NCBI GenBank assembly: GCA_963828465.1
Contig: CAWHEU010000024.1
Location: 32,001-96,000, forward strand
Length of the DNA: 64,000 nt
Source of the DNA: an uncultured Acidobacteriota bacterium
GTDB taxonomy: Bacteria > Actinomycetota > Acidimicrobiia > Spongiisociales > ZC4RG35
Direction of reading: 5' to 3'
The position numbers were made by a program, and so were the translations under genes. Position 1 is the first letter of the stretch; every line of letters begins with the position of its first letter. Under the pieces are notes generated by a model, which saw only the letters and a list, made by a program, of their open reading frames with translations, did no database searches and was not told the DNA's origin. Positions 8,806 to 20,717 of the stretch are shown here, one piece after another.

Positions 8806-9324
8806 GTGGACCGCGAGGTTCTGGAACGGTTCCGGCTCGGTGATGAGGCGGCGGTCAAGGCCGTCTATGACCGATACGGTGGGCCGGTGTTCGCTCTTTC
8901 GATGAGCATCTTGGGCGAGCACGGCCTGGCCGCCGACGCCACACAACAGACTTTCATCAAGGCCTGGCGCGCCGCATCGACCTACGACGCCGGCCGGAGC
9001 TTCGGGCCGTGGATCTATGCAATTGCACGGAGGACGGCAATCGACCTCTACCGGAAACGGGCGAGGGTGGTAGTGAGTGACGACGTCGACGTCGTCACCT
9101 TCCCGATCGGCCTGGAGACGGTGTGGGAGGTGTTCGAGGTCAGGTCCGCCCTCGACCGTCTCCCCGACGAAGAGCGTCAGGTGATCAAGATGAGTCACTT
9201 CGACGGACTCACCCATGTCGAGATCGCAGAAAGACTCGACATCCCCGTGGGCACGGTCAAGTCCCGGTCGCATCGAGCCCATCAGCGACTCATAGAAATG
9301 CTCAAACATGTGGAGGAGGCGTGA
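8806..9324 (+). CDS. ECF RNA polymerase sigma factor (SigK-like)
   Basis: Region 2 DATQQTFIKAW...WIYAIARRTAID. Region 4 LPDEER...THVEIAERLDIPVGTVKSR. Confidence 0.92.
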   Translation: MDREVLERFRLGDEAAVKAVYDRYGGPVFALSMSILGEHGLAADATQQTFIKAWRAASTYDAGRSFGPWIYAIARRTAIDLYRKRARVVVSDDVDVVTFPIGLETVWEVFEVRSALDRLPDEERQVIKMSHFDGLTHVEIAERLDIPVGTVKSRSHRAHQRLIEMLKHVEEA

Positions 9325-9332
9325 TGGTGCTG

Positions 9333-9359
9333 CGAACCGGCGGGGGGTCGTGGGACGTA
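9333..9359 (+). promoter_or_regulatory. Putative ECF promoter for the anti-sigma gene
   Basis: CGAACC-N17-CGTA between the sigma stop and the anti-sigma start. Confidence 0.55.
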
Positions 9360-9373
9360 CTGGCTAGAGGGCT

Positions 9374-10018
9374 ATGACCACTGAAGATTCGCGCGCGCAC
9401 TACCTGGCATCCGGGGCCACGGAGGGAGGGGAGAGTCACGAAAGGCTCGACCTGATCCGCGACGTGCTGTCCACTGATGCGACCTGGTCCGAGCCACCCC
9501 CGCAGGTCGCCGACGGCCTGTTAGCCGCGCTGGCCGTGGAAGCGATCCCCGCCCCGGCGATGAACCAGCAGCGTTCAGGCCGCTGGGCATTGGTCCTAGC
9601 CGGAGCAGGAGGTCTTGTTGCGATCGGAGCCTTGGTCCTGGGCACGATGAACGTCATTCAGGACGAGGGTGACAACGTCGTGGCGATGAGTGGGACCGAG
9701 CTCGAGGCGGCAGCCCTCGGCGAGGCGGAATTCGGGCCGAACGAGGCCGGGTGGTGGATCCGCCTCGATGTCACCGGTCTTCCCCCGGCGCCCGACGGCA
9801 GTTACTACGAGGGCTGGGTCTGGAGCGACGAGGGGGAGGGAGTGAGCATTGGCACCTTCCATTTGCGGGGTGAGGACATGCCCATCGTGCTCTGGTCGGG
9901 GGTCCCCCTGGCCGACTACCCCTCGATCTGGGTGACCCTCGAGAGCGAGGACGACGGGCCGGAGGCGTCCGAATTGATCGTAATGAAGGGGCGCATCCAG
10001 CAGGTTCCCGAGGCCTGA
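9374..10018 (+). CDS. RskA-type membrane anti-sigma factor
   Basis: Follows the sigma gene. One TM helix. GLPPAPDGSYYEGW...SIGTF...VTLE C-terminal domain. Confidence 0.82.
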   Translation: MTTEDSRAHYLASGATEGGESHERLDLIRDVLSTDATWSEPPPQVADGLLAALAVEAIPAPAMNQQRSGRWALVLAGAGGLVAIGALVLGTMNVIQDEGDNVVAMSGTELEAAALGEAEFGPNEAGWWIRLDVTGLPPAPDGSYYEGWVWSDEGEGVSIGTFHLRGEDMPIVLWSGVPLADYPSIWVTLESEDDGPEASELIVMKGRIQQVPEA

Positions 10019-10022
10019 TCCG

Positions 10023-10250
10023 TCACTCTCCCCGGAACAAGCGGCTCACCAGGCTGAGGATCAGGCTGGCCACGACGCTGACCACCAGCATCGAGGTGAT
10101 AGGGATGAAGATCGTCGCGTTCTCCGTTTCCCGTTTGATGTCGCCCGGGAGGTTCCCGAACCAGGAGAACAGGCCAGGGAAATAACGGAGCGTCACCCCC
10201 ACCACGACGAGCCCGGCACCGATCGCGATCAGGAGATTGGCGCCACGCAT
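10023..10250 (-). CDS. DUF2905 family small membrane protein
   Basis: WFGNLPGDI...IFIPITSMLVVSVV. Confidence 0.85.
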   Translation of the reverse strand: MRGANLLIAIGAGLVVVGVTLRYFPGLFSWFGNLPGDIKRETENATIFIPITSMLVVSVVASLILSLVSRLFRGE

Positions 10251-10253
10251 TGC

Positions 10254-11270
10254 TCAACCCGCGTGCCGCAACACGACTTTGCCCACCTGCTCACCGGCTT
10301 CGAGGTACTCGAGCGCGGCGGGAAGGTCGGTGAAGTCGAACACCTTGCTCACCGGCGCCCTGGCGCCCAGTGTGCCGACCCACGTCGTCGCACGGGCGAA
10401 TTGCGCGTGGTTGGCCATCGACGAACCGATCAGCTCGAGCTGGCGGAAGAAAAGGCTGGGGATGGTCAACTCCATCTTCGATCCGCTGGTCGCTCCACAG
10501 ATGGCGATCCGACCCCCCTTCTTGGCCGCCCGCATCGACTGGCGGATGGTGGCCGGGCCCACGTTCTCGATCACGACATCGGCCCCTCCCAGAGCGGCCA
10601 TCTCAGTCCCGAACTCGGCGTCGGACAGGAAGCCTCCCGCCGCTCCTTGCTCGACGGCCCAGTCGATCTTGTCCTGAGACCGTGAGGTGACATACACCTT
10701 CGCCCGCATGGCGAGGCCGAGCTCCATTGCCGCTGCCGAGACCCCGCCCCCGACACCGACGACGAGCAGGGTCTGCTCCGGCTTCAATCCGGCCCTCTCC
10801 ATCATGCGGAGCGCGGTCGCGGTCACCAGACCGAACGAGCCGGCCACTTCCCAGGGCATCGCCGATGGTTTGCGGATTGCGTTGATGGTCGGGATGACGA
10901 TTTTCTCGGTGAAGGTCCCCGGCCTGTGTTCGCCCAGGATCTGGAATGAGTCGCAGTAGACGATCTCGTCGTTCCGACATTGCGGGCACTCACCGCAGGA
11001 GAAGGATGGGTCGATGATGATCTCGTCCCCGATGTCGAATCCGCTTACCCCGTCACCGACCCCTTCGACCGTCCCTGCTCCGTCGGCGCCACCGATATGG
11101 GGAAGGTGCTTGGGGGCGGGAAGGCCCTGCGATACCCAGAGATCGAGGTGATTGAGCGCCGAATGGCTGATGCTGACCCGTATCTCGCCGGGCCCCGGCT
11201 CCGGGTCCTCGACTTCGTTTAGCTCGTACGACCCGATGCCCTGAGTGTCGGTGAGCTGCCAGGCCTTCAT
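10254..11270 (-). CDS. Zinc-binding alcohol dehydrogenase / MDR oxidoreductase
   Basis: ALNHLD, PHIGGADGAG, structural Zn CGECPQC..C, GVGGGV, GKVVL. Confidence 0.88.
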   Translation of the reverse strand: MKAWQLTDTQGIGSYELNEVEDPEPGPGEIRVSISHSALNHLDLWVSQGLPAPKHLPHIGGADGAGTVEGVGDGVSGFDIGDEIIIDPSFSCGECPQCRNDEIVYCDSFQILGEHRPGTFTEKIVIPTINAIRKPSAMPWEVAGSFGLVTATALRMMERAGLKPEQTLLVVGVGGGVSAAAMELGLAMRAKVYVTSRSQDKIDWAVEQGAAGGFLSDAEFGTEMAALGGADVVIENVGPATIRQSMRAAKKGGRIAICGATSGSKMELTIPSLFFRQLELIGSSMANHAQFARATTWVGTLGARAPVSKVFDFTDLPAALEYLEAGEQVGKVVLRHAG

Positions 11271-11313
11271 CGAGGCGAGGGTAGCCTCGGACCGTCTGAG
11301 TCGAGGAGAGGGA

Positions 11314-11745
11314 TTGGGCGTCGAGCTACCAACGGATCGCGAGGTGCACGTCTCGTCGGTCAAGGTGCGTTTCTACGAGCTCGACCCCTACGACCACGTC
11401 AATCACACCAACTACTTCTCGTATTTCGAGACGGCTCGCATCGACTACCTCACCGAAATGGGGTGGGGCCTCGACCGGCTCAAGGAGCAGGGTTGGCAGC
11501 TCGTGGTCGTCGACCTGAACGCTCGGTTCTCCGCCGCCGCCCGGTTCGGGGAAGAGCTGATGATCCACACCTGGATCGAAGAGGTGGGCCGCGTGAAGTC
11601 GACCTGGCGGCAGGTGATGCTGCGAAACGACGAGGAGGTTGCACGCCTGACCGTTTCGGCTGCCTTCACCGACCTGGTCGGCAAACCAAGACGCATCCCG
11701 CCCGAATTCGCCGACCACATCAGAGGTCTGATACCCCGAACCTGA
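11314..11745 (+). CDS. Acyl-CoA thioesterase (YbgC/4HBT hot-dog family)
   Basis: VRFYELDPYDHVNHTNYFSYFETAR. Start uncertain (11314 or 11344). Confidence 0.88.
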   Translation: MGVELPTDREVHVSSVKVRFYELDPYDHVNHTNYFSYFETARIDYLTEMGWGLDRLKEQGWQLVVVDLNARFSAAARFGEELMIHTWIEEVGRVKSTWRQVMLRNDEEVARLTVSAAFTDLVGKPRRIPPEFADHIRGLIPRT

Positions 11746-11757
11746 GGCTGTGCGTGC

Positions 11758-14076
<2,319 letters not shown>

Positions 14077-14201
14077 GTTCAAGGGAAAGATCCTCCTAGG
14101 GGGTTGCGGGCCGAGACTGTAGTGGAGGCCAATTCCTGTCGACAATCAGCACAACGGTGGGGTCTACCGTTGTATTACCGCTCACGAGGAAGGAATCGCA
14201 C

Positions 14202-14834
14202 GTGCTCGAAGGTTTGGTCGAATGGGTGACCTCGGTGGTCGAATCCCTCGGCTACGGGGGTGTCGCCTTCCTCGTGGCCCTGGAGAACCTGTTCCCGCCG
14301 ATCCCTTCCGAAGTGGTGCTGCCATTGGCCGGATTCGTGGCGGCGAATGGTGAGGCGTCGCTGGCCGGGATGGTTGTGGCCGCAACGATCGGGTCGATGA
14401 TCGGCGCTTTTCTCCTTTATGGCATCTCAGCCGCAATCGGCCCGGTTCGGCTCCGAGCGCTCGTCGTTCGCTACGGCCGTTGGTTCCGGCTCGACGAGGC
14501 CGATCTCGATCGCACCGAGGAGTGGTTCGACAGGCGCGCCAACGTCGCCGTCCTTATCTGCCGTTGTGTGCCGTTGATGCGGTCGCTGATCTCGATCCCG
14601 GCAGGGTTCCGGCGGATGTCGATCATCCCCTTCACGTTCTACACACTGATCGGCAGCCTGGTCTGGAACGTGGTGCTGATCGGGGCGGGGTACCTGCTCG
14701 GGGAGCGCTGGGATCAGGTCGAGGAGCCGTTGGAGCTGTTCAAGAACGCGGTCCTGGCCGCGATTGCCATCGCCGTCGCCTGGTACATCTGGCGCCGAGT
14801 CGTCCGGCCCCGGGTCCGAGGGGCCTCCGGCTGA
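14202..14834 (+). CDS. DedA family membrane protein
   Basis: LENLFPPIPSEVVLPLAG, RCVPLMRSLISIPAG. Confidence 0.92.
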   Translation: MLEGLVEWVTSVVESLGYGGVAFLVALENLFPPIPSEVVLPLAGFVAANGEASLAGMVVAATIGSMIGAFLLYGISAAIGPVRLRALVVRYGRWFRLDEADLDRTEEWFDRRANVAVLICRCVPLMRSLISIPAGFRRMSIIPFTFYTLIGSLVWNVVLIGAGYLLGERWDQVEEPLELFKNAVLAAIAIAVAWYIWRRVVRPRVRGASG

Positions 14835-14855
14835 ACCCGTAACCCTCCCGCCCGC

Positions 14856-14981
14856 CTCGTCTGCGCTGCACGTGGTCGGTCCGGGCCCAACGTGGTGCAG
14901 CCCGTTCGACAAGCTCCGCTCGGTCCCTCGTCCGCGCTGCATACCGCTGATCTGGGGCTGACGGATTGCAGCGCAGACGAG
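14856..14981. repeat. Two 55-bp palindromic units upstream of the DUF559 gene
   Basis: CTCGTCTGCGCTGCA-N25-TGCAGCCCGTTCGAC (14856-14910) and CTCGTCCGCGCTGCA-N25-TGCAGCGCAGACGAG (14927-14981). Confidence 0.85.
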
Positions 14982-15030
14982 TGAAAACGATGGGGTTGAA
15001 CAACGGTCGGCGACCCACCATGTTGAGGAG

Positions 15031-15948
15031 GTGGGGGATTCAGCCAGTCTCTACCGGATCGCCGCCAGGCAATGTGGGGCGTTCAACATCGTCCAGGCCC
15101 GCGAGACAGGATTTGATCGATCGGCGGTGCACCATCGAATCTCTACCGGCACCTGGACCCGATTGGACGACTCGGTGTATGCCCTGGTGTCGGCACCTCG
15201 AACCTGGAGGCAGACCCTGTGGGCGGCCGTATTGAGTCGGCCCCGAGCAATCGTCACTCATTGGAGTGCCTGTCGTCTCCTCGACATGAGCGACATCCCC
15301 AACCATGAGCCGATGATCCTGACTCCCAGGGCATCGAATACGAGATCCTCGGTGGCGCACATCTACGAATCGGATCAATTCGACCGAATCGCCGTGACCA
15401 CGGTTGACGGACTGCCTGTCACGACCATGCCCGAGACGATCCTGGTGCTTGCCCGAGACGTGAAAGGGCAGGTGCTGACACATGTTTTCGACGAGGCGGT
15501 GGTATCAGGCAAACTCGATCTGAAGGCGATGTCGGCCACCATCGACCGCGAGGCCGGTCGCCGAACACCCGGAACGCCGCTGCTGCGACGTCTGACGTCG
15601 TCGCGGTTGCCGGGCGCCCGTTCGACGTCTTCGTCGTATCTCGAGAGGCTGCTCGAGGTGGTTCTTCACGATCCACGGATGCCCGGATGGACCCGCGAAT
15701 TCGAGTTCTCTCTGGATGGTGTTCCATCGCGGGTGGACTTCTACATCCCATCGGCCCGGGTGGTCATCGAGGCGGATGGCCGGAACTGGCACACCAGATG
15801 GGAAGCATTCGAGTCGGACCGTCGACGAGACAATGCACTCGCCGCCCGAGGCATCCAGGTCCTCCGTTTCACCTACGACATGTTGAAGTCGGAACCGGGG
15901 AAATGCCTCGAGCAGGCGATAACGACCTGCCTCCTTCGCGCTGCATGA
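15031..15948 (+). CDS. AbiEi-like N-terminal domain + DUF559 (Vsr-like) endonuclease protein
   Basis: N-term IAARQCGAF..QA...G...R..GTWTRL..SVY. C-term RVDF...VVIEADGRNWH...DRRRDNALAARGIQVLRFT. Confidence 0.85.
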   Translation: MGDSASLYRIAARQCGAFNIVQARETGFDRSAVHHRISTGTWTRLDDSVYALVSAPRTWRQTLWAAVLSRPRAIVTHWSACRLLDMSDIPNHEPMILTPRASNTRSSVAHIYESDQFDRIAVTTVDGLPVTTMPETILVLARDVKGQVLTHVFDEAVVSGKLDLKAMSATIDREAGRRTPGTPLLRRLTSSRLPGARSTSSSYLERLLEVVLHDPRMPGWTREFEFSLDGVPSRVDFYIPSARVVIEADGRNWHTRWEAFESDRRRDNALAARGIQVLRFTYDMLKSEPGKCLEQAITTCLLRAA

Positions 15949-16057
15949 CGTTGGGCTGGCGACGACATGCTGCAGCCCAGACGAGGACCGTCGATGACCG
16001 CCCTCGTCTGTGCTGTGTTTGGTCGGGCTGCAGCTAACGGAGTGCAGCCGAGACGAG
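15931..16057. repeat. Two 55-bp palindromic units downstream of the DUF559 gene
   Basis: CTCCTTCGCGCTGCA-N25-TGCAGCCCAGACGAG (15931-15985) and CTCGTCTGTGCTGTG-N25-TGCAGCCGAGACGAG (16003-16057). Confidence 0.85.
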
Positions 16058-16067
16058 GACGGTCGAT

Positions 16068-16770
16068 TCAGCCCAGGAAGTCCCGCACCCAATCGTCGGC
16101 CGGACGGGCGAGGATGTCAGGGAGGGTGCCGGACTGGACGATGGAGCCCTCCCGCATCAGGGCGATGCGGTCGGACAGCGCCTCCGCCTCCTCACGATCA
16201 TGAGTCACCACCAGAGCGGTCACCCCACCATCGGACAGGATGCTCCGGGTGTCGACCATGAGACGCTCCCGAAGGGCACGGTCGAGGGCGCCCAGCGGCT
16301 CGTCGAGCATGATCATTCGGGGCTCGGGGGCGAGGGTCCGGGCCAGAGCCACCCTCTGCTTCTCGCCACCGGACAGATCGGTGATCGATCGATTGTCGAA
16401 GCCGTCGAGCCCGACCAAGTCCAGGGTGGCGGCTACCCGTCGACGCATGTCGTTCTCGGGCAGGTTTGCCATGCGGAGTCCGAAACCGACATTCCCGAAG
16501 ACATCGAGGTGCGGGAATAGGGCATAGCCCTGGAACATGAGGCCGAAGCCCCGGAGATGGGTCGGGACCGTGGTCACGTCCTGGCCGTCCCAGGTGATCG
16601 ACCCCGATTCGATCGGCACCAACCCCGCCACGGCCCGTAACAACGTCGATTTGCCCGATCCCGAGGGCCCGAGCACTGCCACTGTCTCGCCTGTCTCGAC
16701 CGTCATGGTGACATCCCTGAGGATGAGTTTCTCGCCCAGGCGGACGTCGATCGACTTTCACGCCCAGCAT
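16068..16770 (-). CDS. thiQ: Thiamine ABC transporter ATP-binding subunit (apparent +1 frameshift near 16757)
   Basis: GPSGSGKS, LSGGEKQR, MLDEP, VTHD. Removing one base restores MLGVKSIDVRLGEKLIL from ATG 16770. Confidence 0.8.
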
Positions 16771-18321
16771 CAGAACGTGCCGATCTCGCCGAATTGCAGC
16801 CGGTCGATCCAGAGAACGATCACCGCCGTCATCCCCGCCAGGATGACGGCGAGAGCGAGCGCCATGGCGAACGATGCCGATCCGGGCCGGGAGAGAAGTC
16901 GCACGATCATCACAGGCATGGTGGCCGTGTTGGGACGGGCAATGAAGGATGTGGCCCCGAACTCGCCGAGTGAGATCACGAAGGCGAATGCGGCCCCGAC
17001 CAGGGCGGCACGGGTGACGATGGGAAGGTCGATCTCCCTCCAGACCCGGCCCGGGGATGCGCCCAGCACCGCGGGCTGCCTCCCGGGTCTCTGCCGGTAT
17101 AGAGCGGAGAGTTGGCACGGTGCTGCGCACGACGAACGGAATGGCGACGAGGGCATGTGCGATCGGGATCAGCCAGAACGACGCTCGGAGGTCGACCGGC
17201 TCGCCTAAGGCCACGATGAACCCGAATCCGATGGTCACCGCCGACGTCCCCAGCGGAAGCATGAGCGTGAGGTCGAACCAGCGTGACATGGTGCCTCTGC
17301 CCCCAGTGATGACGGAAGATGCCATCACCCCGATGAGGACCGCGATCACCGAGGCGATGACGGCGAAGCGCAGGCTGTTTCCGATCGACGCGATCGGAGT
17401 GCCAACCACCGGATCGTCCCGGAAGAGGCCGGCGTAGGCAACGCCTCGTAGCGACCGGGCCACCAACACGACGACGGGGATGGCCAGAGCCATCAGAGTG
17501 CCGATGACAGAGGCGCCGACGAGGACACGCGCCCGGCCATTTGGCTTCGGCCGGTCCGCCTCGGCACGGAGTGCCCAGGTCGAGGTGTGGCGCTCCTGAT
17601 AGCGGGAGTAGGCATAGAGGGTCGCCGTCACCCCTACCAGTTGCACGACGGCCAGGGCGGCGGCCAGTGGCAGGTCGAACAGGGTCACCGCCTGTCGATA
17701 GATCTCCACCTCGAGGGTGGCGTACCTGAATCCGCCGAGGATCAGCACCACGCCGAACGAGGTGAAGGTGAACAAGAACACAATGGCGGAGGCGGCTGCA
17801 ATCGCAGGTCGTAGGAGTGGGAGCGTGATGGTCCGGAACACCTTCCACTCGCTTGCTCCCAACACGCGCCCGGCATCGTGCAGGTCGGGATCGAGTCGTG
17901 ACCACAAGGCTCCGACGGTCCTGACGACCACGGCGACGTTGAAGAAGATATGGGCAACGAGGATGGCCCCGACGGAATCCCTCCAGCCCAGCGCCACGAA
18001 TGCCGCGCCGACGACCACGGTGGGCAACACGAATGGCACAGTCACCAGTGCCGTGGCCAGTTTGCGCCCGCGGAACTCGAATTGAGAGACGGCCCATGTC
18101 ATCGGCGCCGCCGCCGCCACGGTCAGCACCGTCGACAACACCGCCTGCCACAGGGTGAACCACCCGATTTGAAAGAGCCGAGCCTCGACTCCGTCGAAGC
18201 CGATGTTGAGCTCCGACAGCCCCAGGGTGAGGATCCTTATGAGCGGGTAGAGGAAGAAATACCCGATGAACAGGGCCGGGACGGCCGCGACCAGGACATG
18301 GCCCCAGCGAATCGGCCTCAT
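16770..18321 (-). CDS. thiP: Thiamine ABC transporter permease (apparent +1 frameshift near 17074)
   Basis: Two EAA-type loops (DAGRVLGAS and REAA|AVLGAS), FTSFGVVLILGG, SLGEFGAT, split over two frames. Confidence 0.85.
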
Positions 18322-19352
18322 CAACCCTCCATCACGCCAACCCACTCGTCGATCCACCGGTCGCGGTTCTCGGCGATGGTGGCCGGGTCGAGCCTGGCAG
18401 GGTCGGCGGGAATGGTGGTGTGCTCGATGAACTCAGGGGGCAACTGAGCCCCGTCGTTGACCGGGAACACAAACCAGGTGAGGGGCACGGTCTCCTGGAA
18501 CTCGACCGACAGCATGTAATCGATCAGCTCACCTGCAGCCTGGGGGTAGTCCGTCCCGGCCAGGACGCCGGCGTATTCCACCTGTCGATAGCACCCGGCC
18601 TCGACGACACCGGTTGGAGCCTCATCAATCGGCTCACTGGCGAAGACGACTTCGGCGGGCGGCGACGAGGCATACGAGACGACCATCGGGCTGTCTCCAC
18701 CGTACGGCGTGAAGTCGCTGTAATAGGCGGTGTCCCAGTCCGGGACGACGCGGACACCGCCAGCCTTCAGGTCGGACCAGAACTCGAGCCAGCCATCCTC
18801 CCCGTACTCGTCGATGGTGGCGAGGAGAAAGGCCAGACCTGGTGATGAGGTGGCGGGGTGCTCGACAGTCAGCACTCCGGCAAGGGCCGGGTCACGAAGT
18901 TGGTCGAGCTCGGTCGGAACGGCCGTTCCCTTTTCGGCGAACCAAGACTTGTCGTAGTTGATGCAAACGTCGCCGTAGTCGATCGGGGTCACCAGGTCGG
19001 TGTCGGGGACGAACTGGTCGCCTACCTCCCCGAGCAGGTCGCTCCGATGCTCCGCGAAGATCTCCTCGTCGATCGCCCTGGACAAGAACGTGTCATCGAC
19101 GCCGAACATCACGTCGGCGAGTGGGTTGTCCTTGGACAGGGCGGCCTGGTTCACCATCGACCCGGCATCACCGGCGGCGATCATCTCGACCCCGATCCCG
19201 GTCCTCTCGGTGAAACCGGCAAATGTCTCTTCGCTCACCGACCCGGCGAACGAGTCATGCGCCATGAGGCGGAGGGTGTCCGGCGTCTCGGCCTCTTCGG
19301 CTCCGCACGCGATAACGGCAACTAGCACCGCCACGGTCAGGAACTTCCGCAC
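18321..19352 (-). CDS. thiB: Thiamine ABC transporter substrate-binding lipoprotein
   Basis: Lipobox VIAC, AHDSF, ADVMFGVD, DYGDVCINYD, PATSSPG, VSYASSP. Lies downstream of a TPP riboswitch. Confidence 0.92.
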   Translation of the reverse strand: MRKFLTVAVLVAVIACGAEEAETPDTLRLMAHDSFAGSVSEETFAGFTERTGIGVEMIAAGDAGSMVNQAALSKDNPLADVMFGVDDTFLSRAIDEEIFAEHRSDLLGEVGDQFVPDTDLVTPIDYGDVCINYDKSWFAEKGTAVPTELDQLRDPALAGVLTVEHPATSSPGLAFLLATIDEYGEDGWLEFWSDLKAGGVRVVPDWDTAYYSDFTPYGGDSPMVVSYASSPPAEVVFASEPIDEAPTGVVEAGCYRQVEYAGVLAGTDYPQAAGELIDYMLSVEFQETVPLTWFVFPVNDGAQLPPEFIEHTTIPADPARLDPATIAENRDRWIDEWVGVMEG

Positions 19353-19385
19353 TGTTCATCAACTCCTCGTTGTCGGGAGCGATGA

Positions 19386-19480
19386 GGCGGGTCCCTACGC
19401 CGGCATTATCCGGGTCAGGTTCATCGGTCGGGGTCTCCACAGACCCCCTCTCAGCCCGGTCTCACCGAGCTCCCGTTGCG
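19386..19480 (-). promoter_or_regulatory. TPP riboswitch
   Basis: Minus strand GGGAGC...GCTGAGA...GAACCTGACCCGGATAATGCCGGCGTAGGGA, upstream of thiB. Confidence 0.95.
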
Positions 19481-19511
19481 TTATACGTTATCCGTATTGC
19501 GTAGTACGTAA
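19477..19511. repeat. Degenerate 7-bp tandem repeat, 5 copies
   Basis: TGCGTTA TACGTTA TCCGTAT TGCGTAG TACGTAA. Confidence 0.65.
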
Positions 19512-19528
19512 ACCTAGAACGCTTGTTT

Positions 19529-20695
19529 TCACGCCACAGGCGTGAAAACAAGCACAGTGTTGTGCCCGCCAAAACCGAAGGAGTTGGTGATGGCGGGGGC
19601 AGGCTCCCATTCCCGAGGCTCTCGTACGACATCGTCGAGTGCGATCTCCGGGTCCAGGTTGGTCAGGCCGATGTTCGCAGGCAGTTCGTGGCGTCGCATC
19701 GCCTCCACGACGACAGCGGCCTCGATGGAGCCCGAAGCCCCCATGGCGTGGCCGGTGGTCCCCTTGATCGATGACACCGCAGGCTGAACTTCGAAGACGC
19801 GGTCGATCACCCCGCCCTCGGTGCGATCGTTCAGTTCGGTACCGGTGCCGTGGGCGTTCACGTAACCGATGTCCTCGGGAGCGATACCGGCGTCGCCCAG
19901 GGCGAGGCGGATCGCCCGCTCCGCCCCCTCCCCGCCAGGGTGGGGTGCCGTGATGTGGTGGGCGTCGGCGGTCGAGGCGCCGCCACTGAGCTCGGCCAGG
20001 ATCGTTGCCCCGCGCTGGATGGCCGAGTCTTCGGTCTCGAGGACCAGGGCCCCCGCACCTTCACCCATGACGAACCCGTCTCGGTCGACGTCGAACGGGC
20101 GGGCGATTCCGCTCGGGGACAGAGCCCTGGCCGCCCTGAACCCCTCCTCGGCGGACGGGCGGGCCGCGGCCTCGGTGCCGCCAACCACCGCTGCGTCGGC
20201 ATATCCCCATTGGATCTGACGGAGCCCTTCGAGAACGGCCTGAGTTCCGGCGGCACAGGCCACGGAAGGCGTGGACACCTGCCCACCGAATCCGTACTTG
20301 ATCGATATCCCGGCGGCGGCGGCGTTGGTCATCATCATCGGGATGAGGAACGGTGAAGCCCTTGGCTCGTCCTGATCGGCGACATGAACAAGTTCCTCGA
20401 GAGATCCGAGGCCGCCGATGCCGGTGGCCACCGAGACCGTCACCCGGTTGGGGTCGACATTGAGCGGGCCGGCCTGCTCCAGGGCCTCGTGGGCCGCGAC
20501 GAGTGCGAATTGGGTGAATCGATCGAGACGGCGGTGCTCGCGCTTTGGAAGCCAAGGCTCCGGGTCCCAGTTGGCGACCAGCTGCGACCCCGGCGCCGAT
20601 GGGGGCTGTTGCATGCCCTTCCACAGATCGTCCATGCCGACACCGGGTGCGGCCACGACACCGATCCCGGTGACGACAACCTTCCGCATGCTCAT
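19529..20695 (-). CDS. fabF: Beta-ketoacyl-ACP synthase II
   Basis: VVTGIG, ACAAG (Cys), DGFVMGEG, NAHGTGT, KGTTGH, NSFGFGGHN. Confidence 0.9.
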   Translation of the reverse strand: MSMRKVVVTGIGVVAAPGVGMDDLWKGMQQPPSAPGSQLVANWDPEPWLPKREHRRLDRFTQFALVAAHEALEQAGPLNVDPNRVTVSVATGIGGLGSLEELVHVADQDEPRASPFLIPMMMTNAAAAGISIKYGFGGQVSTPSVACAAGTQAVLEGLRQIQWGYADAAVVGGTEAAARPSAEEGFRAARALSPSGIARPFDVDRDGFVMGEGAGALVLETEDSAIQRGATILAELSGGASTADAHHITAPHPGGEGAERAIRLALGDAGIAPEDIGYVNAHGTGTELNDRTEGGVIDRVFEVQPAVSSIKGTTGHAMGASGSIEAAVVVEAMRRHELPANIGLTNLDPEIALDDVVREPREWEPAPAITNSFGFGGHNTVLVFTPVA

Positions 20696-20717
20696 GTGCT
20701 CAATTCTGCCCGAAACC

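Noticed and set aside
14856-16057. Palindromic units as a CRISPR array or integron attC sites
   Set aside because: Arms are inverted, cores are similar to one another, there are only two units per side, no cas or integrase gene is present, and the ends lack RYYYAAC/GTTRRRY. Kept as a separate finding.
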